Notes: generated by a model from the letters alone, not told the origin. DNA of 64,000 nucleotides from Candidatus Buchananbacteria bacterium (GCA_041666945.1 JBAYFY010000002.1:64701-128700); one strand, 5' to 3'; positions 53,444-63,552 are shown, numbered from the stretch's first letter. A program made the numbers and translations.

Positions 53444-54291
53444 TGATCCGCGATTATTCCTATACCGGCGGGAAATCAGGAGTCAAGAAGGATTATCAGG
53501 TCAAGAACTTCAACAATCCTTATTTTCATCCGGAAAAAAAGAGTTTGACCAAGCACTTCAACACCAAGCTGTATCTGCAGATCCTCTTGGCTCTTTTTTT
53601 ATTGTACGTGATCATTTATAGCGACTTATTCAAGATTACCGCCGTCGGCGTCACCGGCACGGATTTGATTGATCAAAATGAAATCAGAGCCATGACGGAA
53701 AAAGAATTAAGCGGTTGCAAGCTTTTCTTGTTTCCCAAGCGCAACATGATTTTCTTCAATAAAAATAAGCTGGAGCAGGAGATTGGCGGCCGTTATGCTT
53801 TAAATAAATTGGAAATCAAAAAGAGCTGGCATCGTTTGGATATCAACTTAGAAGAAAAAGTGGCTTATCTTATCGCCACCAATAATCAGACGTCGTATTT
53901 TGTGGATATGACCGGCACCATCATCAAGGAGCTGTCGCCGCAAGAGATGATTGATTATTCGCCCCGTTTTCCCAAATTGGTTTTGACCCAAGAAATAAAA
54001 ATCGGCGACCAACCAATCTCAGGAAGATTTGTAAATTATGTTTTGGAATTGGATAAGGATTTGAAAATTCATAATATCAAAGTCAAGGATTATCAGAGCG
54101 GGGGAGTGGACCAGGTGTTTATGAACACCGAGGCGGGCTGGCAGGCCAAATTTTCCATTAACACCAACATCAAGTTCTCTCTCGAGAACCTCTACTTCTT
54201 CTTGGATAAAAAACTCAAAGGCAAGACGTTCCAATACATTGATTTGCGCATCGGGGATCATGTTTACGTTTTTCCGGAGCAGGGAATATGA
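53443..54291 (+). CDS. Cell division protein FtsQ/DivIB-like (transmembrane plus POTRA)
   Basis: A cytoplasmic tail, one transmembrane helix, and a POTRA-like ITAVGVTGTDLIDQNEI...LFLFPKRNMIFFNKNKLEQEI segment. Confidence 0.5.
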   Translation: MIRDYSYTGGKSGVKKDYQVKNFNNPYFHPEKKSLTKHFNTKLYLQILLALFLLYVIIYSDLFKITAVGVTGTDLIDQNEIRAMTEKELSGCKLFLFPKRNMIFFNKNKLEQEIGGRYALNKLEIKKSWHRLDINLEEKVAYLIATNNQTSYFVDMTGTIIKELSPQEMIDYSPRFPKLVLTQEIKIGDQPISGRFVNYVLELDKDLKIHNIKVKDYQSGGVDQVFMNTEAGWQAKFSINTNIKFSLENLYFFLDKKLKGKTFQYIDLRIGDHVYVFPEQGI

Positions 54292-54397
54292 TTTTTGTCG
54301 CGTTTGCCAGGTTTTACGTCTTTATTATATAATATAATTAACTTCGTATAACGCAGGATAACCGATGTAGTATTATAAATAAAGCTGAATAATAATT

Positions 54398-55366
54398 ATG
54401 AAAAAATCCGCAGAACCATTAATCAGGCACATCAATGACTTTTTGGATTATATTGAGGTGGAAAAGGGCCTTTCCCCCGTTTCCGCCAAGAATTACCACA
54501 ATTTCCTTAAAGTGTTTGTCATTTGGCTTAAGGACAATAATCTATCCGGGATTAAGCCCCATGAGCTGGATAGCAAGCATATTTGGGATTTTCGGCTGTA
54601 TTTGTCTCATAAAAAGGACTCCCGGGGGCAATACTTGAAAAAGACCACCCAGAGTTATTATTTGAGGGCGCTTAGGCAACTTTTGAATTATTTCGCCGAA
54701 AAAGACATCAGTTCCCTGCCGGCGGAAAAAATTAAACTGCCGAAACTTACTGATAAGGATCGACAAATAAAATTCTTATCTTACAGCCAGGTAGAACATT
54801 TGCTGTCCATGCCGGATTTAAGCGATATTTCCGGACTGCGCGATCGGGTGATTTTGGAGGTTCTTTTTTCAACCGGCATGCGCGTTTCCGAGTTAACTTC
54901 GCTTAACTTGAAACAATTTGACGCCGCGGGAATTCTTAGCAACAAGATTAAAGATCTGGAATTATCAATCGCCGGCAAGGGCGGCAAGGTTAGGACTATT
55001 TATTTTTCACCGCGCGCCGTTAAGTATTTGGCTTTATATTTGAAAGCGCGGCAAGAAGATATGCTTACTCCCCTTTTTATCAACTATAGCCGTAACACCG
55101 GCGATAAAGGCGAACGGCGTTTAACCAGCAGAGCGATTGAAAATCTGGTAAAAAAATATACGGTTATGGCCGGCTTGCCGGTTGACGCTACGCCGCATAC
55201 CCTAAGGCATAGTTATGCCACTGATTTGTTGGAACAAGGAGCTGATTTGAGGTCGGTTCAGGAATTATTGGGTCATAGCAATGTGGCTACTACGCAAATT
55301 TACACCCATGTTACTAATCCCCGTTTAAGGGATGTGTATAAAAAATTCCACAGTGGCAGTAAATAA
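54398..55366 (+). CDS. Tyrosine recombinase XerC/XerD family
   Basis: The C-terminal catalytic box HTLRHSYATDLLEQGADLRSVQELLGHSNVATTQIYTHV. Confidence 0.85.
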   Translation: MKKSAEPLIRHINDFLDYIEVEKGLSPVSAKNYHNFLKVFVIWLKDNNLSGIKPHELDSKHIWDFRLYLSHKKDSRGQYLKKTTQSYYLRALRQLLNYFAEKDISSLPAEKIKLPKLTDKDRQIKFLSYSQVEHLLSMPDLSDISGLRDRVILEVLFSTGMRVSELTSLNLKQFDAAGILSNKIKDLELSIAGKGGKVRTIYFSPRAVKYLALYLKARQEDMLTPLFINYSRNTGDKGERRLTSRAIENLVKKYTVMAGLPVDATPHTLRHSYATDLLEQGADLRSVQELLGHSNVATTQIYTHVTNPRLRDVYKKFHSGSK

Positions 55367-55395
55367 AAAAAACAACCGGCAGGGCCGGTTGTTTT
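55362..55395. terminator. Bidirectional terminator with a perfect 10-bp stem
   Basis: aacaaccggc-agg-gccggttgtt. An A-run lies 5' and TTG 3', so it serves the minus-strand gene strongly and xerC weakly. Confidence 0.55.
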
Positions 55396-55419
55396 GCTAA
55401 AATTCAGTTCTTATTTCTC

Positions 55420-55638
55420 TTATACTATGTCTTCATCATCATCTGTGTCTTCATCTTCCTCCTCCTCCGTCTCCTCAACGTCTTCTTCTTCATCATCGGA
55501 ATTGGAATCGTCGATCATATTGCTGCAGCCGCAAGCGCAATCAGGGCCGCAAGCGCAGCAATGGAAGCAGAGCGAAGTATCGCAGCTGCATTTACTGTCG
55601 TCACTAATGGGCATACCGCATTTGACGCATGTGTCCAT
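55420..55638 (-). CDS. Metallothionein-like Cys-rich small protein with a poly-acidic tail
   Basis: 14 Cys in the first 40 aa (CVKC...CSCD..CFHCCACGPDCACGC), then a D/E-rich tail. It ends at the bidirectional terminator. The mirror-strand Ser-rich ORF is judged an artefact. No Shine-Dalgarno is visible. Confidence 0.42.
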   Translation of the reverse strand: MDTCVKCGMPISDDSKCSCDTSLCFHCCACGPDCACGCSNMIDDSNSDDEEEDVEETEEEEDEDTDDDEDIV

Positions 55639-55749
55639 ACATTTAAATAGTTATTTTTATTAGGGTTTTTACCCCATTTTCATTATAGCAAAGATAATAA
55701 TGGAAATAAATATGGCTGTCAACCCCAGAATTGTGAAATTAAGATAATC

Positions 55750-56979
55750 TTAGGGCAAATAGTTAAGAGGATCAACCGGAACGCCATTGGCCCTGACTTC
55801 AAAATGCAAATGAGGTCCGGAAGAAAAACCGGTGTTGCCGGATAATCCGATCTGTTGGCCCTTGGTCACATACTCGTCGCCATCAACGCTGATGGAGCTT
55901 AAATGAGCATAAAGCGTGGAAATATTGTTGCCATGGATAATCATGACATAATTGCCGTACCACTTGGTGTTCCGGCCGATAGTCGCCACATAGCCGGTAT
56001 CCGCGGCTTTGACTTGAGTGCCCGTTTTGACGCCGATGTCAATGCCGGAGTGTTCAAATAAATAACGGTACGGGTAGTCGGGATCGTGAAAAATGGAAGT
56101 TAAACGCTGGCTAACGGTCGGCCAGCTTAAAACGGCAGCGCCCAATTGGTTAAAACGCTCGGTTTTGCCCTTCTTGGCCAATTGATCGCGGAGCTTTTTT
56201 TCTAACGCCGCGACTTGAGCGTTGGCTGCGGCTTGCTCTTTTTTCAAATCAGTGATTAATATTTGGAATTTTTTTTCCGACTTTTTTGTTTCCGTAATCA
56301 AATAATTCTTTTCCTGTTTCTTGCTGCTTAAGGTTGATTTTTCATCTTCCAGTTTATTTAGGATGTCAGCCAGCCGTTGTTTGTTTTTATCCAGTTCCTT
56401 CTTCTGATCAGTCAGCTTGTCACCCAGCTCCTGCAGGCGGTTGAGCGTTTTCTGCAGGTCGCTTCGGATATCCTCGGAATATTTTATTTGGTCAAAAAAT
56501 TCTGAAAAGGAGTTATTGCCCAGCAATATGGAAATATAATCTTTGTCGTCATAGCGAGCCATCAGGCGTAAAACATTGGCTAATTGGTCTTTTTCACTTT
56601 CCATCAGCCCCTCGTTTTTTTTGATATTAATATTAGTACGCTCAATCTCCAGTTGCGCCTCTTTGACTTCTTCCTCTTTGATTTGAATGTCCAGGTTGGT
56701 TTTTCCGATTTGATTATTCAGGATATTCAATTGATTTTGCAAGCTGACTTGTTCCAGCCGGTTATTCTTTACATTGGCTTGGTATTCGGTTATTTGCTGC
56801 GTTAATTGGTCTATCTTGGCTTTTTGCGCTTCAATTTGCTTATTAAGTTCATCCGCGGTTGCTTGATCGCTGCCGCTCCCCTGCCCCGTTGCCGCTTGGA
56901 CAATTTGGCACAGGCCAAAAACAGCCAGAACTGCCAGGCCGGAAATAAATATTAGTTTTGTGATTTTTTTGCCTTCCAT
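55750..56979 (-). CDS. M23-family peptidoglycan metalloendopeptidase with an N-terminal coiled coil (EnvC/NlpD-like)
   Basis: A signal anchor, a long coiled coil, and a C-terminal M23 domain with HxxxD and HLHFE. Confidence 0.85.
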   Translation of the reverse strand: MEGKKITKLIFISGLAVLAVFGLCQIVQAATGQGSGSDQATADELNKQIEAQKAKIDQLTQQITEYQANVKNNRLEQVSLQNQLNILNNQIGKTNLDIQIKEEEVKEAQLEIERTNINIKKNEGLMESEKDQLANVLRLMARYDDKDYISILLGNNSFSEFFDQIKYSEDIRSDLQKTLNRLQELGDKLTDQKKELDKNKQRLADILNKLEDEKSTLSSKKQEKNYLITETKKSEKKFQILITDLKKEQAAANAQVAALEKKLRDQLAKKGKTERFNQLGAAVLSWPTVSQRLTSIFHDPDYPYRYLFEHSGIDIGVKTGTQVKAADTGYVATIGRNTKWYGNYVMIIHGNNISTLYAHLSSISVDGDEYVTKGQQIGLSGNTGFSSGPHLHFEVRANGVPVDPLNYLP

Positions 56980-57128
56980 TTTTTTTAATTATAACAGATC
57001 GGTCTTCGTTTGACAAAGTTAATATTTTTGGCTAAAATGTGATGTATCGCATTTAGAACATTCAAATCTCAAGTAAATATTAAGATTAGCAATTAAGATT
57101 AGCAATCCGTAGGAAAGGAGAAATAATT

Positions 57129-57344
57129 ATGCTGATTTTGGAGTCCGGCGGACAAGTGGTCTGCGATGGCGTAAAAGACGGTTACAAATGCGGGCGAGTC
57201 CTTAATGTTTTGGTGCCGCCGCTTTTGAATAACGCTTTTAGTTATTGGGAGAACGTCTTGCAGCAAGCTTTAGACAGCGGATGGACTTATGATCGCGATA
57301 GCGAAAATATTTTTTGCCCTCAATGTTCGAAATCAGCGCAATAG
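57129..57344 (+). CDS. Hypothetical small Cys-containing protein (71 aa)
   Basis: An AAAGGAG Shine-Dalgarno lies upstream. The protein carries CDG..C ... CPQC. Confidence 0.5.
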   Translation: MLILESGGQVVCDGVKDGYKCGRVLNVLVPPLLNNAFSYWENVLQQALDSGWTYDRDSENIFCPQCSKSAQ

Positions 57345-57365
57345 GCATAATAGGAGGGAAAGAAA

Positions 57366-57710
57366 ATGGCTTATAAAAAAGAAAGAAAGAATACTGCGGC
57401 GGATTGGACGCGGATGAGGCAGATGCTCATTAATCATGTCAAGACCTGGCATGATTTGCATTGGTCAGTAACCTTGCGTTGCAGCAACTACCCGCTCTGT
57501 CAGTTTAGTCGGGCTCGGACTATGGACTATCAAAGAAAACCGTCGCAAAAACTGATTAAGTCCGACGCTCGGGAAAAATACCGATTTATTTGTCACCGGA
57601 TTCAAACAGATAAAAAGCGTCATCAAATCAAGGTTGAGGGCAAGTGCCGCATTTGCACATTGGTGAGACAAATATCCGATGCAAATAAAAAGCCGCCGAA
57701 GCGAGCTTAG
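57366..57710 (+). CDS. Hypothetical basic protein (114 aa)
   Basis: A TAGGAGGG Shine-Dalgarno lies upstream. Confidence 0.5.
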   Translation: MAYKKERKNTAADWTRMRQMLINHVKTWHDLHWSVTLRCSNYPLCQFSRARTMDYQRKPSQKLIKSDAREKYRFICHRIQTDKKRHQIKVEGKCRICTLVRQISDANKKPPKRA

Positions 57711-57753
57711 CACAAAATAAAACGGCGATCCTATGGAATCGTCGTTTTTAATT

Positions 57754-59241
57754 TTACTTTAGTTTTTCCAGCGCTCGCTTGATTCTGTCCAAGGTTTTTT
57801 CTTTGCCTAATATCTCGGCGATTTCAAATGGCGTAGGAGATTTTTCCTGGCCGGTTAAAGCGGCGCGCAACGGCCAAAGCACCTCGCCGTTGGTCAGTCC
57901 CGAATTTTTAATCCAGGCGAGCAATGACTTTTCCAGATTCTCCTTGGACCAGTCGGTTGTTTGTTCTAATTCTTCCGCTGCCAAAGACAAGTTTTTTAGA
58001 GCCGCGGCCTTGTCTGATTTTTTCCAAATCAATAATTCCGGCTGATATTTGAGATCGTCGGCGAATAAGAATTTGATCCCCTCCCCCGCCTCGGATAATT
58101 TGCCGATTCTCTCTTGCTCAATCGCTAAGATTTTGTTGGCATCCATGCCCTCCGGCACTTTGCCGATGTTGGCTTCCAAATATGGCAAGGCCAATTGAAC
58201 AAATTTTGTGTTCGGAAGTTTTTTGATGTATTCGCCGTTAAGCCAATCCAATTTTTGCTGGTCAAAGATTGCTCCGGCTTTATGCACCTTGGCCAAAGAG
58301 AATTGCTTGATTAATTCGTTTAAGCTAAAAATCTCTTGCTCGGTGCCCGGATTCCAGCCCAGCAGAGCCACATAGTTTATCAGCGCCTCGGGCAGATAGC
58401 CGGCCTTCATATAATCCTCTACGGCCACGTCGCCCTGGCGTTTGGACAGCTTGGATCTGTCTTTGTTTAGAATCAAGGGCAGATGGGCGTAGGCGGGAGC
58501 GGTCCAGCCGAAATATTCAAATAGGATAATATGTTTAGGCGTTGACGGCAGCCATTCCTCGGCGCGGATGACGTGAGTGGATTTCATTAAATGATCATCA
58601 ACGACGTGAGCTAAATGATAAGTGGGAAAACCGTCGGCTTTAAGCAATACCTGGTCATCCAATTCTTTGGTATTGATTTTGACTTTACCCCTGACCAAAT
58701 CGTTGAATTCTATTTCTCTGTCTTCCGGCATTTTCATTCTGATGACGTGTTTTTCGCCTTTGGCCAAACGCTCTTTGATTTCTTCGGCGGACAGTTTTTT
58801 GCATAAGCCGTCATAACGGGTGGGGCGCTTTGATTCCTCTTGTTCCCGCCTTAGCTTTTCCAACCGTTCGGCCGAGCAGAAACAATAGTAGGCGTGGCCG
58901 GCCTCAACCAGCTCCCGGGCGTATTTTTGGTATAAATCAAGGCGTTTAGATTGCGTGTAGGGGCCAAATTTGCCCTTTTCAGAGGGGTTGCCGGCAGAAT
59001 CCAGTAAAACACCCTCATCCGGCTCAATGCCGGCCCATTTCAGCACTTTTAACAAATTGGCGATCGCCCCCGAGACCTCCCGGCTTTGGTCGGTATCTTC
59101 AATGCGCAAAAAGAAAGCTCCGCCGTTTTGTTTGGCGAACAGGTATTCATACAGGGCGCTGCGCAAAGATCCCAAATGTACGTAACCGGTCGGACTGGGC
59201 GCGAAACGCGTGCGGACTTTGGGTTGGAAAAGATTAAACAT
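57754..59241 (-). CDS. gltX: Glutamate--tRNA ligase
   Basis: RFAPSPTGYVHLG (the HIGH region), KLSKR (the KMSKS region), and a full-length class I GluRS. Confidence 0.95.
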   Translation of the reverse strand: MFNLFQPKVRTRFAPSPTGYVHLGSLRSALYEYLFAKQNGGAFFLRIEDTDQSREVSGAIANLLKVLKWAGIEPDEGVLLDSAGNPSEKGKFGPYTQSKRLDLYQKYARELVEAGHAYYCFCSAERLEKLRREQEESKRPTRYDGLCKKLSAEEIKERLAKGEKHVIRMKMPEDREIEFNDLVRGKVKINTKELDDQVLLKADGFPTYHLAHVVDDHLMKSTHVIRAEEWLPSTPKHIILFEYFGWTAPAYAHLPLILNKDRSKLSKRQGDVAVEDYMKAGYLPEALINYVALLGWNPGTEQEIFSLNELIKQFSLAKVHKAGAIFDQQKLDWLNGEYIKKLPNTKFVQLALPYLEANIGKVPEGMDANKILAIEQERIGKLSEAGEGIKFLFADDLKYQPELLIWKKSDKAAALKNLSLAAEELEQTTDWSKENLEKSLLAWIKNSGLTNGEVLWPLRAALTGQEKSPTPFEIAEILGKEKTLDRIKRALEKLK

Positions 59242-59280
59242 AAATTCGTAATAAGTAACAAGTAATAAGTAATATGTAAT
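59242..59280. repeat. GTAATAAGTAACAAGTAATAAGTAA motif immediately upstream of the gltX start on the minus strand
   Basis: Same family as the motifs at 5548..5664, 31225..31340 and 33413..33566. Confidence 0.55.
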
Positions 59281-60015
59281 TTAAATTATTTTTTTTATTT
59301 TTTCTTTCAGCGCCAGCCAGCTAAACACCGCCGTGGCGCGCCAGATTCGGCCAAATCTTTTTGGCTCTTTGATTAAGCGATACAGCCATTCCAAGCCGAT
59401 GGAGCGCATCCACTCGGGGGCGCGAGGCACGCGGCCAGTTAAAAAATCAAAAGTTCCGCCCACGCCAATGGCAACTTTTATTCCGGGCAACCAGGGCAGA
59501 TTTTCAGCGATCCAGGTTTCTTGTTTGACCTGGCCGAAAGCCACGAGCAAGATATTGGCTCCGGACGAATTTATTCTCGCTATAACCGCTCCGTTGTCTT
59601 CCAGAATTTTGCCGTCGGCGTTGATCTTGCCGCCGTCTTCCGCGCCGACGATCCCATTGAACACAAATTTTGTTCGGATCGCTTCAGCCACGCCCGGCGC
59701 GCCGCCCAGCAAATAAATTTTAGCCGATGGCAGTTTTCCTTTCAGCAGGTTGCCGCTTAAGTCCGCTCCGGTTACGCGGGGTAACCGGCGTCTATGGAAT
59801 AATCTGGCAGCCAAAACCAAGCCAAAGCCGTCGCAAGTGTTTAAGGCGATTCGGTTTAAGAGGTTTTTAAATTCCGAATTGCTTTGCGCGGCAACGACAA
59901 ATTCCGGATTGACCGTAGCAATTTGCCGTTGTCCTTCAGCAGTCAGCCACTCCCCTATCTTCGTCAGGACTTCGACTTCGCTGAGCTCGTCGATTTTTAT
60001 TCCTAAGATGTTCAT
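59281..60015 (-). CDS. WecB/TagA/CpsF-family glycosyltransferase
   Basis: ILGIKID, ATVNPEF, CDGFGL and the family fold. Confidence 0.8.
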   Translation of the reverse strand: MNILGIKIDELSEVEVLTKIGEWLTAEGQRQIATVNPEFVVAAQSNSEFKNLLNRIALNTCDGFGLVLAARLFHRRRLPRVTGADLSGNLLKGKLPSAKIYLLGGAPGVAEAIRTKFVFNGIVGAEDGGKINADGKILEDNGAVIARINSSGANILLVAFGQVKQETWIAENLPWLPGIKVAIGVGGTFDFLTGRVPRAPEWMRSIGLEWLYRLIKEPKRFGRIWRATAVFSWLALKEKIKKII

Positions 60016-60758
60016 TGTTGGTTTAAATAATCCACCGTCATGTTTATTATACTGGAGCCGCCGGAGGAAAAACTGTCAGCCAAAGACATGGCGCCGCTAA
60101 TGTTGTTTTTAAAAAAACTTAAATATATTTCCGTCGGTTGGATTAATTCTTCAACCGTAAATCCTTTTGTCTCCAGTTGTTTTTTGTAGTATTCGTACAA
60201 ATCCTCTTTGGTTTTGTTGACGTTGTCCCAAAATAAAGAGACCGTTTTAATTTCTTTTTTCCCGGCGCCGCTTGTTGGAGTTACATCTTTAATCGTAGGA
60301 TTTTCCGGAACGCTTTCCGGCGTCTTGTTTTGCGCGATGATTTGAGTTTTAAGATCGGGATAAAGACGATCAACTATCAATTGCAATGCCCAATCGGGCA
60401 GAGCTGTTTGCAATTGCTCAATTTTTTTCTTGCTTTCCGGCGATAAAACCTTAATAGTGGCTTGATTGAGCTGATAAATAACCAAGTCCTTGGGGAAATC
60501 GGCAGGCAATTCTTCCACGGTCTTAATGATCGGCCCGGAAATGTAAACAGTCAGAAAAATGGCGCAGGCCAGAACGGCCGCAATCATCAAAAAGAAACAG
60601 CCGAAAAATTTCAGACAGGAATGATGCCGGGGCGGCCGCCGTCGGCGATAATGCCGCGGTTCCTCCGGTTCCACTTCTATGCCCCTGTTTTCCGCTTCAG
60701 TCAAAACATCCTTGGCCGCTTCAATTTCGTCCAGCGTTATGTTTTTGTCGCTTTCCAT
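60012..60758 (-). CDS. Hypothetical membrane-anchored protein (248 aa)
   Basis: An acidic N-terminus, an Arg-rich stretch, one transmembrane helix, and an extracytoplasmic domain. Confidence 0.55.
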   Translation of the reverse strand: MESDKNITLDEIEAAKDVLTEAENRGIEVEPEEPRHYRRRRPPRHHSCLKFFGCFFLMIAAVLACAIFLTVYISGPIIKTVEELPADFPKDLVIYQLNQATIKVLSPESKKKIEQLQTALPDWALQLIVDRLYPDLKTQIIAQNKTPESVPENPTIKDVTPTSGAGKKEIKTVSLFWDNVNKTKEDLYEYYKKQLETKGFTVEELIQPTEIYLSFFKNNISGAMSLADSFSSGGSSIINMTVDYLNQQ

Positions 60759-60867
60759 GTGTATAGAATAACAAAAATGGCTGATTTTTGCAATTAAATT
60801 TAATTTATTGTGCGGTTTGCCGGTTTGTGGTATAATATTTATGAAAGATAAATAACCACTACTAACA

Positions 60868-62286
60868 ATGAAGTTGAAAAAACTTTGTATTTTTACATCT
60901 TGTTTTATCTTAACCGCTCTGCTTGCTGCCGTCGCTCAAGCCGCGGATTTTAGCGCCGGTTCTTTGATTTCCGATGCTGAAATAACCGATTATAATTCCA
61001 TGGATTTAAGCGATATCCAGCGTTTTTTGGAAAAACGCGACGGCACCTTGGAAAATTACATTACTTTTGACAAAGAGGGAAATCCGAAGACGGCAGTGCA
61101 GACATTTTTTGAGACCTCTCGCAATTGGCAGATTAGCCCCAAATACCTGTTGGTTTTGGTGCAAAAAGAGCAAAGCTTATTGGACGATCCCAATCCCTCG
61201 CAAAAACAGTATGACTGGGCGACCGGTTACGGCGTTTGCGACAGTTGTTCCATGGATGATCCCAATATCCAGCGCTTCAAGGGCTTTTATCGCCAAGTGA
61301 ATTCCGCCGCCGCTCAAACCCGTTACTACATGGACAATATCAAGGAATTTTCCTTCCAGCCGGGCAAAACCTATAATATTGACGGCCAAACCGTTGCCAT
61401 AAAAAATACCGCCACCGCCGGTTTGTTCAATTATACTCCACATATCCATGGCAATCAGCTGTTCTGGAATTTGTGGAATAAATATTTCGGCAAATCCTGG
61501 CCGGACGGCAGTTTATTGCAAGTTGAAGACAGCGATCAAATATATTATATTGAAAACGGCGTCAAGCGTTTAATCTCCTCTAAGGCCGTGTTCGCTTCGC
61601 GTTTCAATGATAGCAATATTTTGACGGTCAACCAAAGCGACTTGGATACTTATGATAACGGCGCGCCGATTAAATATCCGAATTTTTCCATTCTGCAAAG
61701 CACGACCACCGGCAATATGTATATGATCATTAATGATGTCAAACGCCGCATTGTCAGCGACGCCGTCTTTAAGAAGCTTGGTTTTAGCGAAGATGACCCG
61801 ATAAAAGTTGAAGAATCGGAATTACAACTTTATAAAGACGGTTCAGATATCACCGAATACACCATTTATCCGACCGGCACCTTGTTGCAGGATAATAAAG
61901 CCAAGACCGCTACCGCCGGAATATATTATGTCATTAGCGGCGAAAAGAAGCCGGTGCTGACCAAAGAAATCCTTACCGCCAATTTCCCCGGCCTGACCGT
62001 TAAAAAAGTTTCCGGCACAGAGCTGGATAATTATATGACCGGCGCCAACGTGACTCTGCCTGACGGCTGGCTGGTAAAATTGAATCCCAAGGCGCTAAAA
62101 GTCAAAACCAAAGCGAATATCGCCGCCGCCAGCACGGTTTATGTTATCTCGCACGGCAAACGTTTGCCAATCGTTTCCGGCGCGGTATTCAAGCAAATGG
62201 GTTATAACAGCAAAAATATTAAGATTGTTTCCGAAGACACCCTAAACGCCCATGAGTTGGGCCCGACTGTCACCGGACAACAATAA
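60868..62286 (+). CDS. Secreted protein with four internal ~50-aa repeats
   Basis: A signal peptide ending AVAQA, then four YYIENGVKRLISSKAVF-type repeats. Confidence 0.65.
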   Translation: MKLKKLCIFTSCFILTALLAAVAQAADFSAGSLISDAEITDYNSMDLSDIQRFLEKRDGTLENYITFDKEGNPKTAVQTFFETSRNWQISPKYLLVLVQKEQSLLDDPNPSQKQYDWATGYGVCDSCSMDDPNIQRFKGFYRQVNSAAAQTRYYMDNIKEFSFQPGKTYNIDGQTVAIKNTATAGLFNYTPHIHGNQLFWNLWNKYFGKSWPDGSLLQVEDSDQIYYIENGVKRLISSKAVFASRFNDSNILTVNQSDLDTYDNGAPIKYPNFSILQSTTTGNMYMIINDVKRRIVSDAVFKKLGFSEDDPIKVEESELQLYKDGSDITEYTIYPTGTLLQDNKAKTATAGIYYVISGEKKPVLTKEILTANFPGLTVKKVSGTELDNYMTGANVTLPDGWLVKLNPKALKVKTKANIAAASTVYVISHGKRLPIVSGAVFKQMGYNSKNIKIVSEDTLNAHELGPTVTGQQ

Positions 62287-62299
62287 TTAATCCAATCAT

Positions 62300-63091
62300 A
62301 TGTCACTCGTATTTGCGGCCATTACGCCGCATCCGCCGATTCTCATACCGGCTATCGGCAAAGACAATATAAAACAGATTGAGAAAACCAAGTTGGCCAT
62401 GGAGAAGCTGGAGGAGGAGCTGTATTCGGCCAAACCCGATATCGTTATAATTATTTCGCCGCATGGCGAAATGAGCGCGGATTCCTTTACGGTCAATTTG
62501 AGCGGCAATTACGAAATCAATTTTGAATCCTTCGGCGATTTTGCCACTAAGCTTCAGCTTAAAGGCGAAACCGTTTTGATGACTCTGGGCAAGGAGAAAA
62601 TCGCCGCCAAGTCGCCTCTGAATATTATTTCCGAACCGGTTCTTGATCACGGCGCCGGTGTCCCCCTGTCTTATTTGATGAGGCATTTAACTCAAGTGCC
62701 GATTATTCCCCTGTCATTTTCCATGTTGGATAATCAAGCGCATGTGGAATTCGGCAAGAGTTTGAAAGAGTTGATTTTAAGCACGGACAAACGAGTGGCC
62801 GTTATCGCTTCCGGCGATTTGTCGCACTGTTTGACTAAGGAAGCCCCCGTACCCTATAACCCGGCGGGCAAGGATTTTGACCAGACATTGATTGAACTGC
62901 TCAAAAAATGCGACACTCAAGGCATAACCAATCTTGATCGCAAATTAGTCAAAGACGCGGCCGAATGCGGCCTGCGTTCCATTCTGATATTGTCCGGCAT
63001 CCTAAGCGATATGAAGTGTCAGCCCGAGGTTTTAAGTTATGAGGGGCCGTTCGGCGTAGGATATCTGGTGGCGGAGATAAAATTTGATTAA
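62300..63091 (+). CDS. LigB/Memo-like class III extradiol dioxygenase family protein
   Basis: AITPHPPILIP at the N-terminus and the DHGAGVPL motif. Confidence 0.5.
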   Translation: MSLVFAAITPHPPILIPAIGKDNIKQIEKTKLAMEKLEEELYSAKPDIVIIISPHGEMSADSFTVNLSGNYEINFESFGDFATKLQLKGETVLMTLGKEKIAAKSPLNIISEPVLDHGAGVPLSYLMRHLTQVPIIPLSFSMLDNQAHVEFGKSLKELILSTDKRVAVIASGDLSHCLTKEAPVPYNPAGKDFDQTLIELLKKCDTQGITNLDRKLVKDAAECGLRSILILSGILSDMKCQPEVLSYEGPFGVGYLVAEIKFD

Positions 63092-63100
63092 ACTTTTTAT

Positions 63101-63131
63101 AAAAACAGCCGGTTAGCCCGGCTTTTTTTTA
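63101..63131. terminator. Bidirectional terminator
   Basis: aaaaacagccgg-ttag-cccggcttttttt. Confidence 0.55.
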
Positions 63132-63391
63132 TTTGCGTTGTCAATCAATTTGAAAAAGTATTGCCATTTGGCTCCGCTTTTGCAGAGTTCTTTGGTTTCG
63201 TTGAGCGCCCGCTCCACCAGCTCTTTGGAATTGTCGCGGCAAACTTTAAAGACCGCGCTTTTTTTGAAAGCCGGCACGTTCAATTCCTGCAAGATACGCA
63301 AAGCCAAATCCTGCCACTGGTAAGCCGGGGCCTTTTTTAGCTGTCTTTTTTGCAACAGCGAACTGATTGATTGCGGTTCGGTTTTAAACAT
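63113..63391 (-). CDS. Hypothetical protein (92 aa)
   Basis: Six-frame ORF whose stop lies inside the terminator loop. Confidence 0.4.
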   Translation of the reverse strand: MFKTEPQSISSLLQKRQLKKAPAYQWQDLALRILQELNVPAFKKSAVFKVCRDNSKELVERALNETKELCKSGAKWQYFFKLIDNANKKKPG

Positions 63392-63552
63392 GGTAGTTAA
63401 TAGGATTATCTGTCACGTGTCATTTCAATTGAAATGACAAGAAATAAAGCAACGGCTGTGATTAATGACATTTTACCAATCTTGAGTCGGTTAGTAAAGG
63501 TTTTTGACAGTTCACTGCAAAAAATGTTATAATTTTTTCATAACTAAAAACA

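Noticed and set aside
55394-55663. Ser-rich 89-aa ORF on the + strand
   Set aside because: It is a poly-Ser low-complexity translation of the reverse strand of the acidic tail of the Cys-rich minus-strand gene. The gene orientation relative to the terminator favours the minus-strand ORF.
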